A stretch of 64,000 nt of DNA from Octopus vulgaris. Lineage: Eukaryota. The position numbers and the translations under genes were made by a program. Each line of letters begins with the position of its first letter. The first letter of the stretch is position 1. The notes under the pieces were generated by a model. That model was not told the origin of the DNA. It worked only from the letters and a program-made list of their open reading frames with translations, and did not search any database. Shown here piece by piece: positions 38,884 to 52,834 of the stretch. The DNA lies in contig OX597825.1 of NCBI GenBank assembly GCA_951406725.2, forward strand, positions 1,240,001 to 1,304,000, in the 5' to 3' direction.

Positions 38884-41139
38884 TATAAGTGTGTAACTTT
38901 CTTATAATTTGTAACAAAATATATAGACACATGAAAATATATACATTCAGCTTTTTTTATGCTAATCATTAATTATTTGTTGTTCTTGTGTTCAGAGCAA
39001 CTGTTATTCAATCTAATCATTTTGCATTTAACCAGTTTTCACTAAAAATTCATCCGAACAAATTCCATTATATCATTAAAAATCAATCTTAAAATTTTCT
39101 GTCGTATATATTTTGTTGGGCTTACAGTAAAATAAATCAACACATTTTGGTAATCTCTTGATGTTTCTGAGATTTGCAATTTTATTCCAGCCATCTTATG
39201 TTGTTTATCCCCAAGAAACTAGGTAGGATGAAAGGCATTGTTACTCTGATTCTGTTTTTTGTTTTTTTTTGAGATAGTGTGCCTTGAAATATCCAATGTG
39301 CCCTTGTTTTTCTAAAGACAGCAAGGTACATTTAAGTAAGATTTGGCTGCTAGTCCTGCAGACTGAGTTACCACATACAAAATTGTTCCCTTATTATCTC
39401 AGCTATTTTGCTATTAGTTGTGGTGAACAACAGCAGATTTAATGCTTTGGAAACTAAATTTGGAACATAACTTTCACGAATGCAATGTTTTGCAGTTCAT
39501 ATGATGAAATACTGTAGCTAATCACCTGATCGCCAAAACTTTTGCAATTAAATAGTAATAATATTGCCTAACACATACCTGTTCTTTATATTTCATAATG
39601 TTTAGAAAACTCTATAAATCCCAAGTGCCTCAAAGTAATTCATACTTATAGTTTCCAATATTTTAATTTAATTTTCAATACTATTTGTATTCTAACGCAA
39701 GTTTAAAGAACATGTGCACAGCATGTTTCTAGATGTAAATCACATCATATCTTAAAATAAGAAAAGTGAACATTTGATGGTGTACTCCTAAATAACTCTA
39801 AAAATATAGGATAGAATTGTCCAGAATATCTTCATTATGAAGTCTACTCAATTAGTGGTTGAGCTGGAGCTAAACAATAATATTACAAGTTTGTATGCAT
39901 CATCTAGGAAAGCATTATTGCCATAGCTTCTTGTTATTTGGCAAAACACTTTGATGTCTTTAAGAATTCGACTTAGGTACAGCAAAAGCCACTTCAGAAG
40001 AAAGAGGAACAAGTATATTCCAAAAATATGAAATATTCTTCCAATAGTTACAATGAAATTTCTAAGTATTTCAGTTTTTCCCAAATAAATTTTTCTTTTC
40101 AAAGATTCGGAATATTACTTAAAATTTAAAATAACTTCTTTCCATTTGCATATCATAGATTTAGATTGGATAACAAATAAGTTATCCAAGCTAATGGGCT
40201 TAAAAGTTTTAAAAAAATGCTTTTAAATTGTGTCATTGTTCTTTCCTTATTTGTTGCTTTTAAATTTTATTGCTTGTCTAGAAGAGCAATGATTTTCAAC
40301 ATTTCTTTCTTGTTTTCATTCGTGGTCCCCTTTCTGAACCTAATTTCCTTCTGTACCCATTTTATAGATGCTATTAGCTGAAAGAGAAAGCATTTTAGTA
40401 TTTGCAATGGTTATTAATTGCAGCTGTATCATCTAAAAAGGAAGTGCTTCTAATAGCTTACGAAAACGACCATTTCTGTGCAGACAAAATGGTGTATTAG
40501 CAAGCAAAATCATATAAAGACATAAATGTGCTCAAGGAGAATAAGCTATCAGTTCTGCCAAATATTAACTTTAATAATATGTACTTTATGTTTACAAAAA
40601 AAAAAAAACGCAAAAAACCCCCACATACATACACACAAAAAGAACTTAGAAATTGAAAAATACATAGAAATAAAAAATAACCTGATGCGGGGCACTTTGC
40701 ATACAGGGTGAGTCAATGCAAACTGATGTGGGCGAGCAAAGTTTTCAATACCTGGCTATAAAACCAGATTCAAGAAAAAGTGGGGAAAAACAATAACATG
40801 CAACTAATGTAATGTTCAATATTTATGCTGTTCAAAATAACACAAAGAATGAAATATGGAAGTTACGTTACAAGTGAGGGTACTTTCAACAGTTTGGATA
40901 TGGAAACGTCGTCTCCTTAAAATTCCTGTGATCCTCAAATGTTCCATTTTTTCAAATGGAACCTAAGAACATAGCATAGCCGTCAAAGGACCATATGACT
41001 CCGAGACAGTTTCTAACCACAAATCAAAGGGTTTGATTTAAAAAACAAGCCAAAAATCTGCAAGACAGTCAATAAAAAGATTATGAAATATTTAAACAGC
41101 TCTTGATATCAATCTAAATGCCATAAGTTCTATTAAGTC

Positions 41140-41906
41140 AAGTAAAAGCCATTGATTTCTGAGAATACTTTTGGCACTTGAAGTTACTAATCACGAATGA
41201 TCAACTTCATTCCTAATACCCAACAGCATGATTTATGCCAACTCTTTCAAGACAGAATATATGCACAACCAGAGTGGCACCATTAATTCCATGTCTGGAA
41301 AATCCTAGGAAAATGTTGACAAATTCACATATCCCAGAAAGAAAATTGCAAAGGAATATCTGTCTGCGAGTGATGTTCATGATGGAATTGGCAAAGCTTG
41401 AGCAGCTTTAAATAAATTACCAATGGCTCTGGAAATCTAAGCTTCCATTGAATTTGAAATGTGATTTTGTTTTTTAGGTGGTTGTGCAACCAGTTCTGTG
41501 ATATGGATGTACAACATGGACTTGAACAAAGCATCTTGAAAAGAAAATCGATGGGAACCTATACAAGAATGTTTCAAGCTGCTCTGGACATCTGGAGACC
41601 AACACCTATGAAAGAACTTCTCGATGGTAATTCCCCACCAATATCACATGTCATCAGACAAAGGAGAACAAGATCCGTTGGACATTGCTGGATGAGGTCA
41701 TCAGTGATGGTCTTTTGGAAAGAAAGCATGTGTACACAAATGTTGGCAGATCCCATGGAACCTACATAATCAACTGTGAGAGGACTCAAAGCACATGCAA
41801 GAGGCCCTGCCATGTGTAATGGTGGACTGGACAGACTGGGGAGAGAGAATCACAACAATCCATGCATTAAGCACAACCGGATTATGATGATGATGATGAT
41901 GATGAT
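41140..41906 (+). mobile_element. 5'-truncated, decayed RTE-clade LINE (RT C-terminus + 3' tail)
   Basis: Across frames reads KTEYMHNQSGTINSMSG..VDKFTY, IGKA*AALNKL, YGCTTWT*TKHLEKKIDG, GTYTRMFQAAL..PPISHVIRQRRTRSVGHCW, typical of the RTE ORF C-terminus. Ends in a (GAT)n tail at about 41884-41906. Confidence 0.85.
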
Positions 41907-43599
41907 TTAATGTATATGTCCCAGCTACTGCATATCGTTCTCTCCTTTGTTTGAACTCCTATATTTCACAACAACCGTTTATGTTTAGCAAAATGTCAGC
42001 TCTATAAAGCAGATTGCTTACTTCCCAGATTAAACACATTTTAGATATTTCCTCACTTATACAAAAAATGACATTCTGAGTCTGAAGGAATAGTATTTTA
42101 CTTTTAAATACAATGTAAGGAATTTGATTAGTTTACAATTAAGCACATTGTACTAACAGAGAGGCTTTTGTACGGCTTCTCAATGAACTGGAATTAATTA
42201 TATTTTATATCATTTAGTGAGCAATGATAGCTCATTAGTAACAGATTTCCAATGAGCCAATTTCTGGTTCAACCTTATTGCTAATGGACAAGAGTGACAA
42301 GACATTGTCCAGCTTGAAGGAATAAAATACCAAACTGAGTCTCATTCTTTGAAAACACCAAAGTGTTTGTGGGTTTCTTGCTGATGTTTACATCTTTCAC
42401 TAATATGCATTGCTGAAAGGTACATGCCTACATGCATGCATACAAGATTATATATATATGTGTGTGTGGGTGTGGTGTGCGTGTGTATATAGAAAGAAAG
42501 AGAGAGAGAGACTGACAGATAGATAGACAGATATGTATACACACACACACACACACACAAACACACCTGCACTATGGATTTCTGTAGTTTTGATCTATCC
42601 AGTTCCACTCACAAGGCATTTGCAAATTTGAGACTATGGTAGTAGATTTTGTGCAGTGGGATTGAACCCAGAACCATGTGGATGCAATGCAAACTTCTTA
42701 ACCACATACCCATGCTCACAGCCATATCATCAAAAAATGCAACTTGACATCTCGTAAAAGAAAAGAGCCATTAGATGTTATCAGTAAAACAAAAGTTGAG
42801 AGGGTCACAACCGGAATGCTTCTCCTTATACATTTAACAACAAAAAGCGTTTCTCTTTCATGTGTATATGATCCTGTATCATCCAATGCAAAATAACCTA
42901 TTTTCTAAGTCTTCTAACAGTCAAACATTCATTAAAATATGATATGATGTAACTAATTAAGCCATAGTAACTACTATACCCATAGTTTTTTATTGACTAC
43001 ACAGTACTGAGTTCCTGCTTTCTTTTCGTATTCTTCAGTTCTGACAATGTTCACCTTCACAGGTTATATTTATAAAAAAACTATCTTTTGAGTTCTACAT
43101 TTATTCCAGCTGTTCTCTGACAGATTCTACAATAAGAGGCACAATGTTCTAGAAGCTTCTCTGAACAAATTGATACAAGTTTTCCTTGATTATTCCCCCA
43201 GAAACTGAGATTAATATGAAAATACAGAAACTGGTTGATGTTGTGGCTCTCCAATTGAGTATGGTCAATTTTATGGAGTATTTTACAATTCCAGGAGTAT
43301 TGAAGTTAACTACAATAAAAGTATTGTTGTTGTAACTCAACTTCTTAGAAATAGCAAGTAAATTTGCCTCAAACTGTATCTGAAAGCATAATGTGGTTCA
43401 AGGTACAATATGTATGAAAAAAACAAACAAACAAAAAGACAGGATGGTCAAGCCTGGAATGCTTCTGATTGCATGTCATCAGAGAGGATCTAGTATTAAA
43501 CATACCTATTGATAAACACGTACCTATAGCAGAGATGAAAGAAATGTATTGAGGATTAACAATAATCATAATTTATAAATTATAGTTAGTGTGTGTGTG

Positions 43600-43682
<83 letters not shown>

Positions 43683-44039
43683 AACAAAACTGGAAAAAAA
43701 CAAAGTCTATGGAATAAGATAATCCAAATGTTGGTAGATGGAAATATATAGACAAAAAAAAATAAAAAATTAATGAATTGAAGCCATACAAACGTCTTCA
43801 GCTCTTAAAATCCTGGCAAAACTGATATCAGTTGGATATAGTTTTGATTTGAAGACTTACTTAGAAAATTGGTTAAATTCTTTCAGCGACCAACTTTCAC
43901 TGATTTCTTCGTGATTTCATAGAGAATTAATCAAATGATATGCTGCTCTTTACAGAATAAAAATCAGAACCGGTATAATTCCATTCCAACATATACAATG
44001 AACATGAAAATGTTTATGTTGATTGTTAGACTTTTACTA

Positions 44040-44370
44040 CTCACCATTCCTGGGAAAGTCTTGTGGCTAGCTTCGGCACCTCCCCCATCAGGTCTCATCA
44101 GAAGCACCCATAATTCCACTCTCCAGTTGGCTTCCCAAGTATGACCCTTTTGTGTCTGTGGATATTATCCAGCTATCTTGCTCTTCATCTACCCCTAGGT
44201 CCCCTGAAGTTTGGCTTGGCTTAAAGACTCTGTTTTGCAAACCTTTCCTGCAACATTCTAATCAGATGTCTGAAGCACTGGATCTGTGACCCCTCAAAGT
44301 GAAGAATTAGTGGCATGACCTGAAGAAACCCCTTGGCCTCCACCCTATGCACCCTGTCAAGTAACATTAC
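44040..44370 (-). mobile_element. Decayed RTE-like LINE fragment
   Basis: GC-richer stretch whose reverse strand resembles the RTE C-terminal GH..R / GRPRGR region; heavily mutated. Confidence 0.35.
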
Positions 44371-45020
44371 AATGACAATTACCTAAAGAGGATTTTGGTT
44401 TTTGCAGTAAGGCCACCTCAGTGCATTTACATAGTTGAAGTTTCTTTAGTTAAGTTTTGGAATAAAGATATTTACTGTCAGTGTTGTTTAGCTTCAAGTC
44501 AAACCTAATTGAACAAACCTAATAGTCAAAGGGTTTACAGATTTGACCAACTTTTAATAAGTATGGTTATGTTGTCCAATCTGTTGTGTCTTTTTAGAAC
44601 AACATGGAATAATTTGAGGGCGACATATTTGTTATTTCTAGTAAGCCCCAAGCAATAATTAGAGAAGCTTGTTTGGCAATGAGACCCAGCACATACATCT
44701 CAGATATGCACAAACTAAAAGTTTGGTGCCTTATGAACCAAATAGCAATCATTTTTACTGAAACCACCAATCATAGCACAAGCTAACAAGAGAGTTTCTC
44801 TTGCTACATAACCACAGAATTTACTAGAAATAGCAGCTAAATCTCAGCCGGATAGAAAAAGTAGTAAAATTTCAGTCAAACTAACATCCTATTTGTTTTA
44901 AAAAGCAAATGACATTTTAAGTAATATATTCCTAAATAACAAAACAAGTTTGTGAAGAAAAGGGTGAATCTGCTTTGATCATAGGTCAGCTCAATTAGAA
45001 CCAAACTAAGATTAACAAAC

Positions 45021-45136
45021 AACTCTGCCAGATCAGACTGGAGCCTGGTGCAGCCTCCTTGCTTCCCAGATCCCGGTGGAACCGTCCAACCTGTGCTAGC
45101 ATGGAAAACAGACGTTAAACAAGGATGATGATGATG
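45021..45136 (+). mobile_element. RTE 3'-tail fragment
   Basis: AACTCTGCCAGATCAGACTGGAGCCTGGTGCAGCC...GACGTTAAAC..GATGATG matches 59743-59862. Related pieces at about 62230-62445 and 62508-62612, and in reverse at about 21615-21730, 28200-28330 and 57275-57380. Confidence 0.75.
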
Positions 45137-45689
45137 AATAGCAATTTTAGTAGTAACTCAGAACCAAATTTGGTTCTCAGAACCTTCTTTGAAGCCATCA
45201 TCAAAAATAAAAGGTGTAGTAATATATATATATGTCCAATCCATGCTAGCATGAAAAGCGGATGCTAAACGAAGATATATATATATATATAGTTTCACTG
45301 AAAAGTGTTTTAAATTTCTGGCAGACAAATCTTGAACTGATAATGAAATCTTTATTTTAAACAACACTAATATTTTAAAAACAAAATACAATGTTAACAT
45401 ATTTGAAATATTATTTCTTGAATCTTCATTGACTACTATAAAGTGAGAAAGAAATTTGTATTTTTTTCTTTGTTTTTTTCACATTGAATGTTCTCACAGA
45501 AACATTTAAAGTATCCTAGATTTAAGGCAAAAAGAATAAAAAAAGATATGTTAACTTTTCAAAAATCTTTGAAGAAGTTGGAAATAAAAATATTTGTTAT
45601 TCAGAACAGACATACAATAATGTTCATAAATTTCAGAAAACATTTTCAGCGAAGAATCTCTTAAAATAATTTTATTCTAATATAAGAAA

Positions 45690-45741
<52 letters not shown>

Positions 45742-48371
45742 AAGAGAGAAAGAGAGAAAGAATAGTTTAAAAATTACCAAACTAAGAAGAATGTAAGTTA
45801 AGTTAGAAAACAAGATAAAGTTGAAAAAGAATGAAAGAAAAATTGAAACAAAACTTCAATTTCAACAAGTGAAAATGGAATTCTTTCCTAAGAATTTTGT
45901 ATATATTAATCTTGGTTTAATTCCTATATTGTTATTGATTCACTCTACATATTATTACATTTAAGCTTTTTGATTCCATCTATCTCCTGATCCCCATCAC
46001 CACCACCACCACTACATACACACCGCAAAAAAAAAAGCAGTCAGCTTTCTTTGTCACATATTGGAATTTTGAATAGGAAAGGTGAAGTTTAAGCCATCTT
46101 TACTGTTGAGTTATTTCATTAACAGGAGATTCAAGAAGAGTTAAATAAGAAAAAGATATTTCTTGAATGTTATATTATATTATGGAAAACTTTAAGGTGA
46201 AGAATATTTGAGACACAGAGCTATAAAATGTTTCCATACATCTATTGCATTAAAATGAATATATAAAAAAAAACAATCCAAGGATATCTTTTGAGATGGA
46301 ATTATTACAACGCCAGAATTATGTCAACTTTATAGCATGATTAAACTTTATCTTGATTAAATAACTGGGCAAAAACTTTTTAAAAAAACAACAAAACAAA
46401 TTAAAGAAGCAAAGTTGAAAAATACTTTCAAACCTTGGATAAAAGAATAAATAAAATAGAAATACGTTCTTCATGTTTGCTGCTAAGCTAATGACAACCA
46501 CCAGTGAAACCGTTGTTGACCTTTTATGGCAGTGTAGCCATCTATGACAACAGAGTATTTATTCTGTTCCAACAAATCATACGCTAAGAACATAAGATTT
46601 ACAACAGACTGTCAGCCATTTATTTTCTTACAGTAATTATTATAAATATGAGACATAAATCTTTTGCTGGAACAATTGAATACTCTGCTAGCATGCCATA
46701 TAAATGTTGACACTTCATATTCTTAATTTTGATATATTAAAACAAAATAGCAATCTGTTATGGTTAATAGCAATCAATCATATAATAGAAAAGAATTTAT
46801 GAAGTTGTAAAAGCTTCTTAGCTATCATTTGCTTGAATTTATTTTTAGATTGTTTCAAGTGATGTATCTTACTTGTTATATATACATTCAACAGCAATTG
46901 ATAGCCTTTGAAGAATTAGAGAATAATCACGGAAATATGTTTTTCCACTGTTATTGATTGCTCTTCTATTTAAACATGCCTTAGCACCATTCCAGTGTAA
47001 AAGATATAATCAAATTTAATGGGCCAACGTGGAAGACTATGTGGCTACTCAACTAGGCATTCCAGCCAAATCTTCCTCAGATTACATTTTACAATTTAAA
47101 CAAGGAAGAGGAAAACACTGGAGGATATAAACCCAGATACTTTACATCTTGAAAAAAGAAAATTGAGATGGTGACAGTTAATCTTTGATCGTAGGTTGGT
47201 TGATTAGGGCTGTTTTGAAGCCGAACAAAAATAACTAATAACATATAAAATTTGTCAATATAAGCTCTTCTGATTTACTATATTCACAATAGAGTTATTC
47301 AGCTCTTATTATTTCAAAAGTAATCTTGATAATTCTACCTTTACACATTCCAAAAGTCTTTGTCTATGTTCGTTCGTATCACTTGGATTATATTCTAAAG
47401 TTAGTTAGCTTCTTGCAGTCACGTAAAAGGAGTATTAAATTTGCAATGAAATGTATCAGCTGGTAATATCTACTGTCTTCAGATCTCCTCTGTGTGTGTG
47501 TGTGTGGTAGAATACTAGGCTACTTATGAATGAAGTCATGGCCTAATGGTCAAGAAGTTTGTTTTACAATCACAAGATCCTGGGTTTGATTGCATTGCAT
47601 GACACCTTTAATAAGTGTCTTGTGCTCACTGGTTACTCTGAGTTAAGTGGGTGAAACTGAATACACAAAAACTGAAAATGTGCATTAAATAGAACAGACC
47701 TGTTATAGTAAAGAGCAGTCTTATCACTCTCTTGTCACATAAATTCTGCCTTAGGATTAAATTAAATGTGTGTGTGTGTGTGTGTGTATGGAAATCAACC
47801 ACTTAGATTATAATGGTTTCAAATAAGTTGATTCCATTGACTATCATGCAACTGACACTTATTTTATCAACCCCCAAAAGGATGAAAAGCAAAGTTGACC
47901 TTGCCACGGTTTGAACTCAGAATCTAAAGAACTGGAAAGCCACTTATATTACAATACAAATAAATATGTAGTGCAGTGGATCAAACATTAAGAATATATC
48001 TTGCCTGAATGGAGGGAAAATCCCTTTCCTTGGTTACAAGTTCCATAAAAGTTTCATACATCTTTAGAACCTGATACCCTGATTAATTCACATTGTTTGC
48101 CTTCAGAAGTCCTATTAGATTTTCCCTGGGGTAGATGGGTTGTGTTGCTTCTCATAAGCTGGGTTTCCCTCTGGGTTAGCATCATGAAATTATCAACAGT
48201 TGGGTATCAGCAATGAAAGAAACTGTCATACTTCTCACTGTTTCTGTTTTCTGATGATGATGATGATGATTCTGTGTCACCCGCTTAAACAGTGAACGTA
48301 GAGTTTTAAGTATTGGGTACCCATTGCAAAATAATTCACCCTCCTTTATTTATTCCAAAAATGCCTTAACT

Positions 48372-48723
48372 TTTTTCTACTCTAGGCACAAGGCCTGACA
48401 TTTTGAGGGATGAGCCAGTTGATCAGATTGATCCCAGTATGCAACTGGTACTTAATTTATTGACCCTGAAAGGCAAAGCCGACCTCGATGGTATTTGAAC
48501 TCAGAACGTAAAGACAAACGAAATACCTATTTCTTTACTACCCACAAGGGGCTAAACACAGAGAGGACAAACAAGGACAGACAAACGGATTAAGTCGATT
48601 ATATCGACCCCAAAAGGATAAAGGGCAAAGTCGACCTCGGCAGAATTTGAACTCAGAACGTAGCGGCAGACGAAATACCACTAAGCATTTCGCCCGGCAT
48701 GCTTATGATTCTGCCAGCTCACC
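48372..48723 (-). mobile_element. tRNA-derived SINE family B (composite/dimeric) with ~17-bp TSD
   Basis: Reverse strand GAGCTGGCAGAATC..GCCGGGCGAAATGCTTAG..GTTCTGAGTTCAAATTCTGCCGAGGTCGACTTTGCC. Flanking direct repeats CCAAAAATGCCTTAACT (48355-48371) and CCAAAAATGCTTCAACT (48724-48740). Confidence 0.85.
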
Positions 48724-49187
48724 CCAAAAATGCTTCAACTGAAAGTTGAAGTGTTTTAGTTGTATGCTTTTGCAAAGCCATAATATTTCTAAGCAAAAGC
48801 ACAACTGAACAAGCTTTACATGGGAAAACAGGAAAACTAAAACTCACAGCTGCCAAGACATAAGTATGGCTCCAAGGGAAAGAAGTTTATTTCACAGTCA
48901 TGTGATTCTAGATTCCATTTCACTGCCCAGCACAGAGCTCCAGACTGACCAGGCTTTCAGAGTAAAATTGGGTTCACAGAAATTATTCTGTGTAGATTAT
49001 CAGAAAATCAAATTAATGATCAACGTCAGAGTATTTTTTGCTTACATTATGGTTTCTATTGATGAAATGGAGAAACTGAGTTCTGTCTGAGACTCTGCAG
49101 ACGACCAATTGTTGCATTGACAACAACTAAGACTCTGCAGGTTGAAGTCAAAAAAAATCACAAGCTCACAAAGATTAAGTATATCAT

Positions 49188-49230
<43 letters not shown>

Positions 49231-49242
49231 GAGGAATGTATG

Positions 49243-49274
<32 letters not shown>

Positions 49275-49721
49275 GGAGGGAGAGAATACTGTGGTTTGGT
49301 TGTAAATACTATTGATAGTTTTTTTGCATTTTACAAACTGATACAATTTAGTTTTCAGGAAATAATATATAAAACACCATCAAAAGTTTTCATGTTATTA
49401 CAAAAAGCCAAAAAATATGACTGATTTAATGAAAATAGGATTTAAAAGATACCATTAGTTTTGTGTCTTTAGTGCTTTCCTTGAATCGTACAGATTACAT
49501 GTTAAAAAGAAAACATGTGCCAGAGAAGAAGCCAAGACAAATTAAGACCACTTAATCTTCTGTGAATAACTTTTTCATATATTTTATTATAAAAAGTTAT
49601 TTAAAGAGTAGAATAAATAAAACGTCTATGCCAGTTTATCTTCCATCAAAGTGGTATTGATTTATCAGATGGCCATCATAAATTATTTCTAGTCTTAATG
49701 TTATGAAAAATCAAGTTTCAA

Positions 49722-49754
<33 letters not shown>

Positions 49755-49945
49755 GTGTGCTCAAAAAATTACATACAGTGAAGAAGAAGCTAAAATTAAA
49801 TTTGAAGGTTTCTATACAATAAATATAAAGGTTTTATTTTAGTAAGGTTTTATGATTATGTTGGATGTTCATATTTTATAGCAGAGAAACAAAACTGCAT
49901 GCACTAACTCAATGCTAATGTTTTCATTTCCTGTTTTTATTTCAG

Positions 49946-50005
49946 AAACTGAAGATGAAAGATGGTATCCATGGACAACAAGGAAAAAAAAACAATTTTA
50001 AATAA
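49946..50005 (+). other. Candidate plus-strand exon start (strong 3' splice site); end undefined
   Basis: TGCATGcACTAACtcaatGCTAATgttttcatttcctgtttttatttcag|AAACTGAAGATGAAAGATG: branch-point motifs, long pyrimidine tract, purine-rich exon start. Confidence 0.35.
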
Positions 50006-50444
50006 CTTTTTTCTATTTTCCATTTGAACTTTTATATACTAAAATGTTATGAGTTTTCACAGACCTGTAAATTTATACTTTTGCAACAATACTTGGTAGA
50101 AGAAAGTACATAGTTGATTCTCTGATTTTTAGATAGACTGTATAGGTTTAATAATTAAATGAGAATGCCTAAAACAAATATAGCAAGAAAATAGTCCATT
50201 TGAAAGCTTGAGAAGTTTATGGTGGGGTTGCCAAAAAAATGTAATCTTTGTTTGGCATTGAAATGCAATAACTTGACACAAATTACAAGTTACTAAATAA
50301 ATAACGTGAGTTAAACTTGAAATCTAGACACATAAAAACAATCAAACAAATATTATGTTAAAAAATTCAACATTTTATTTCGAGACTGACAGAAGTTCGG
50401 CTGACACTATGAGACAGCAATATATGAACACATATGAACACACA

Positions 50445-50510
<66 letters not shown>

Positions 50511-50590
50511 CACATACATATACATACACACAGAGATATATATACATACACATATAAACACATATATAGAGACATACACAGATATATACA

Positions 50591-51796
50591 CAGACATGAC
50601 AGAAGTAAATAGACACTCCATAAAACATTTTGTGTTTATTTTAACTTGAAAAGGTATATATTTTTATATTAATTGACATTTATATGTTTCAGGTTCTAAA
50701 TGTGACTGTTTAATCATGCCACATACAAAAGAAGCTTTGGAACTGTTCGAATTTCAAAGAAGCCATATTGTAGGTCAATCTGAAGGTGGACTTAGCCAAC
50801 GTAAAATAACAGAAAACTTTGGGACCCTGCTTTCTACAGTTAATAGAGTGATTGTGCAGTTCACTAGAGAGGGGAAGAAGTCCACATCACCTTGCCCAGA
50901 TCGACCAGGGCCCTCTGACATAACCCTTCACTTTGTTAAGAGAAGTATGGAGGATAATCCTCATTGCAAGGACCCTGACATAAGAAAACCTGTTGATGTC
51001 AGTCTCAGAACAGCTGTCAGGTATCTTCACAAACTTGGCTACTATGGTAGAGCAGCAAGAGGGAAGCCACTTCGTCAACCAGCCAACATTAAAGTGGAGA
51101 AAAAAATTGAGACAGTGAGATGGCAGAGAGGTTGGTTACTAGCATTTTGGGACACTGTCATATTCTCTGATGAGTCCAGATTTGCTGTATTTTCTGACAG
51201 TGGTTGAGTGTGGGTCTGGAGACTCTGTGATCAAAGAAACTGATGTGAAAAGGTTGCAGCTAACAATAAAACATGGTGGCTATTCTGTGATGATCCGGGG
51301 AGCAAATTTGGAGCAATGGTTGATCAGTGCTAGTGGAGTGTGAAGGAAAGATAAACTCAGATATGTGTCCATATTGCAGAAGGGACTCCTTCCAATCTTC
51401 TCGCGAGGTGAAATGATTAAAGAAGACTCTCTATTTATGGAAGATGTCATACAGCTAAAAAGACTCAAGATTGGTTGGAACAGAATGGCATTAGAAAGCT
51501 TCCATGGTCAAGCCAGTCACCAGATATGAACCCTATTGAACACCTCTGGGCATAATGGACAGGACACTTTGTAAAAGGAACAAGAAAGCATCCAGACTCA
51601 AATCCGGGTTTTTTGAGAATAATGCATGGAACATGGCATGAAATTCCTCCAGAGAATATTCATCATCTGGTCAGTAGCATGCCTGATAGGGTCCTTGCAC
51701 TGACAAATGCAAAGGGCATGTCTACTAAATATTAGATATTTACAATATAATGATTAATGGAATGATTATAAGGGTGTCTATTTACTTCTGTCATGC

Positions 51797-51799
<3 letters not shown>
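50591..51799 (+). mobile_element. Full-length Tc1/mariner (Tc1-type) DNA transposon, about 1.2 kb, inactivated
   Basis: TIRs: CAGACATGACAGAAGTAAATAGACAC at 50591 and GTGTCTATTTACTTCTGTCATGCCTG ending 51799 (1 mismatch in 26 bp). TA follows the right TIR; the left flank reads CA. Encloses a transposase pseudogene. Confidence 0.95.
50716..51735 (+). pseudogene. Tc1 transposase pseudogene (HTH + DDE) with frameshifts and stops
   Basis: ORF 50716-51207: [34 protein letters not shown] (HTH), [24 protein letters not shown] (first catalytic D). Downstream frames give FMEDV (degenerate second D region), [15 protein letters not shown] (catalytic E) and a C-terminal GMSTKY* ending 51735. Premature TGA at 51205-51207. 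Confidence 0.93.
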
Positions 51800-51872
<73 letters not shown>

Positions 51873-52362
51873 GTGTATGTGTGTGTGTGTACACAAAGTA
51901 ATGCCTCAATATATGAGTTAATTTGTTCCCAAAGATTGCTCATAAAGCGAAAACTTGTGAATATTGAAATACTAGGTAAAAGTACAAACCATTGGTTTAT
52001 TATTTCTTATGACTTGCATTGTTTTGGCTTTAAAAAAATTATATTTATATATAAATGTGTGTGTGTGTGTGTGTGTGCATGTGTGTGTGTGTGTGTACAT
52101 ACATAATGAATGAAATTCTTCAGTTTCATTATTTATTGAACATGTGCAATATTTTTAAAAGTTTGACAAATGAAACTGCAGTTAAATAAGTATTATTGAA
52201 TTTGTTTGGCTTCAAAAATAGTTTGCTTTTACTCTACATGTAGCATTGAGTACTTTTAAACATTGCATACTGTTTGTGCCTTTGTACAACAAATTACACT
52301 ACTATTAATCTTGTTATTCTCAAACTTGCTGTTCGTTGTTGTTGTTGCTGCTGCTGCTACTA

Positions 52363-52363
<1 letters not shown>

Positions 52364-52423
<60 letters not shown>

Positions 52424-52433
52424 CATTATTATT
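52364..52433. repeat. (ATT)n microsatellite
   Basis: Directly visible; source of the spurious poly-I and poly-L ORFs. Confidence 0.97.
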
Positions 52434-52769
52434 AGGCAGAATTTATATTTTCTCTTTTATTTATTTGAAGCCCAGTTTTATGACAAATAAGGAAAAATAT
52501 ATATTGTTTACAACCAAAACATCAATTTTGATTTTACCTACAGCTACCAAGCAGGCATATGTGACGAAACACAAATTCAAACACACTGTGGAATGGCACA
52601 CACAAACTTCACATCAAGAGATGGACAAAACTACAGATGGTTATCATGGCAATTCTTATTTGCTTTCCAATTTTATTAGTTACACAGAAGTTCATAGAGA
52701 TTTATATAAATGCACACATATAAAAATACATATTCATACACATATTTGCACACACACGAGCATATCTAA

Positions 52770-52800
<31 letters not shown>

Positions 52801-52834
52801 CATATATTCATTAATATATATATATATATATACA

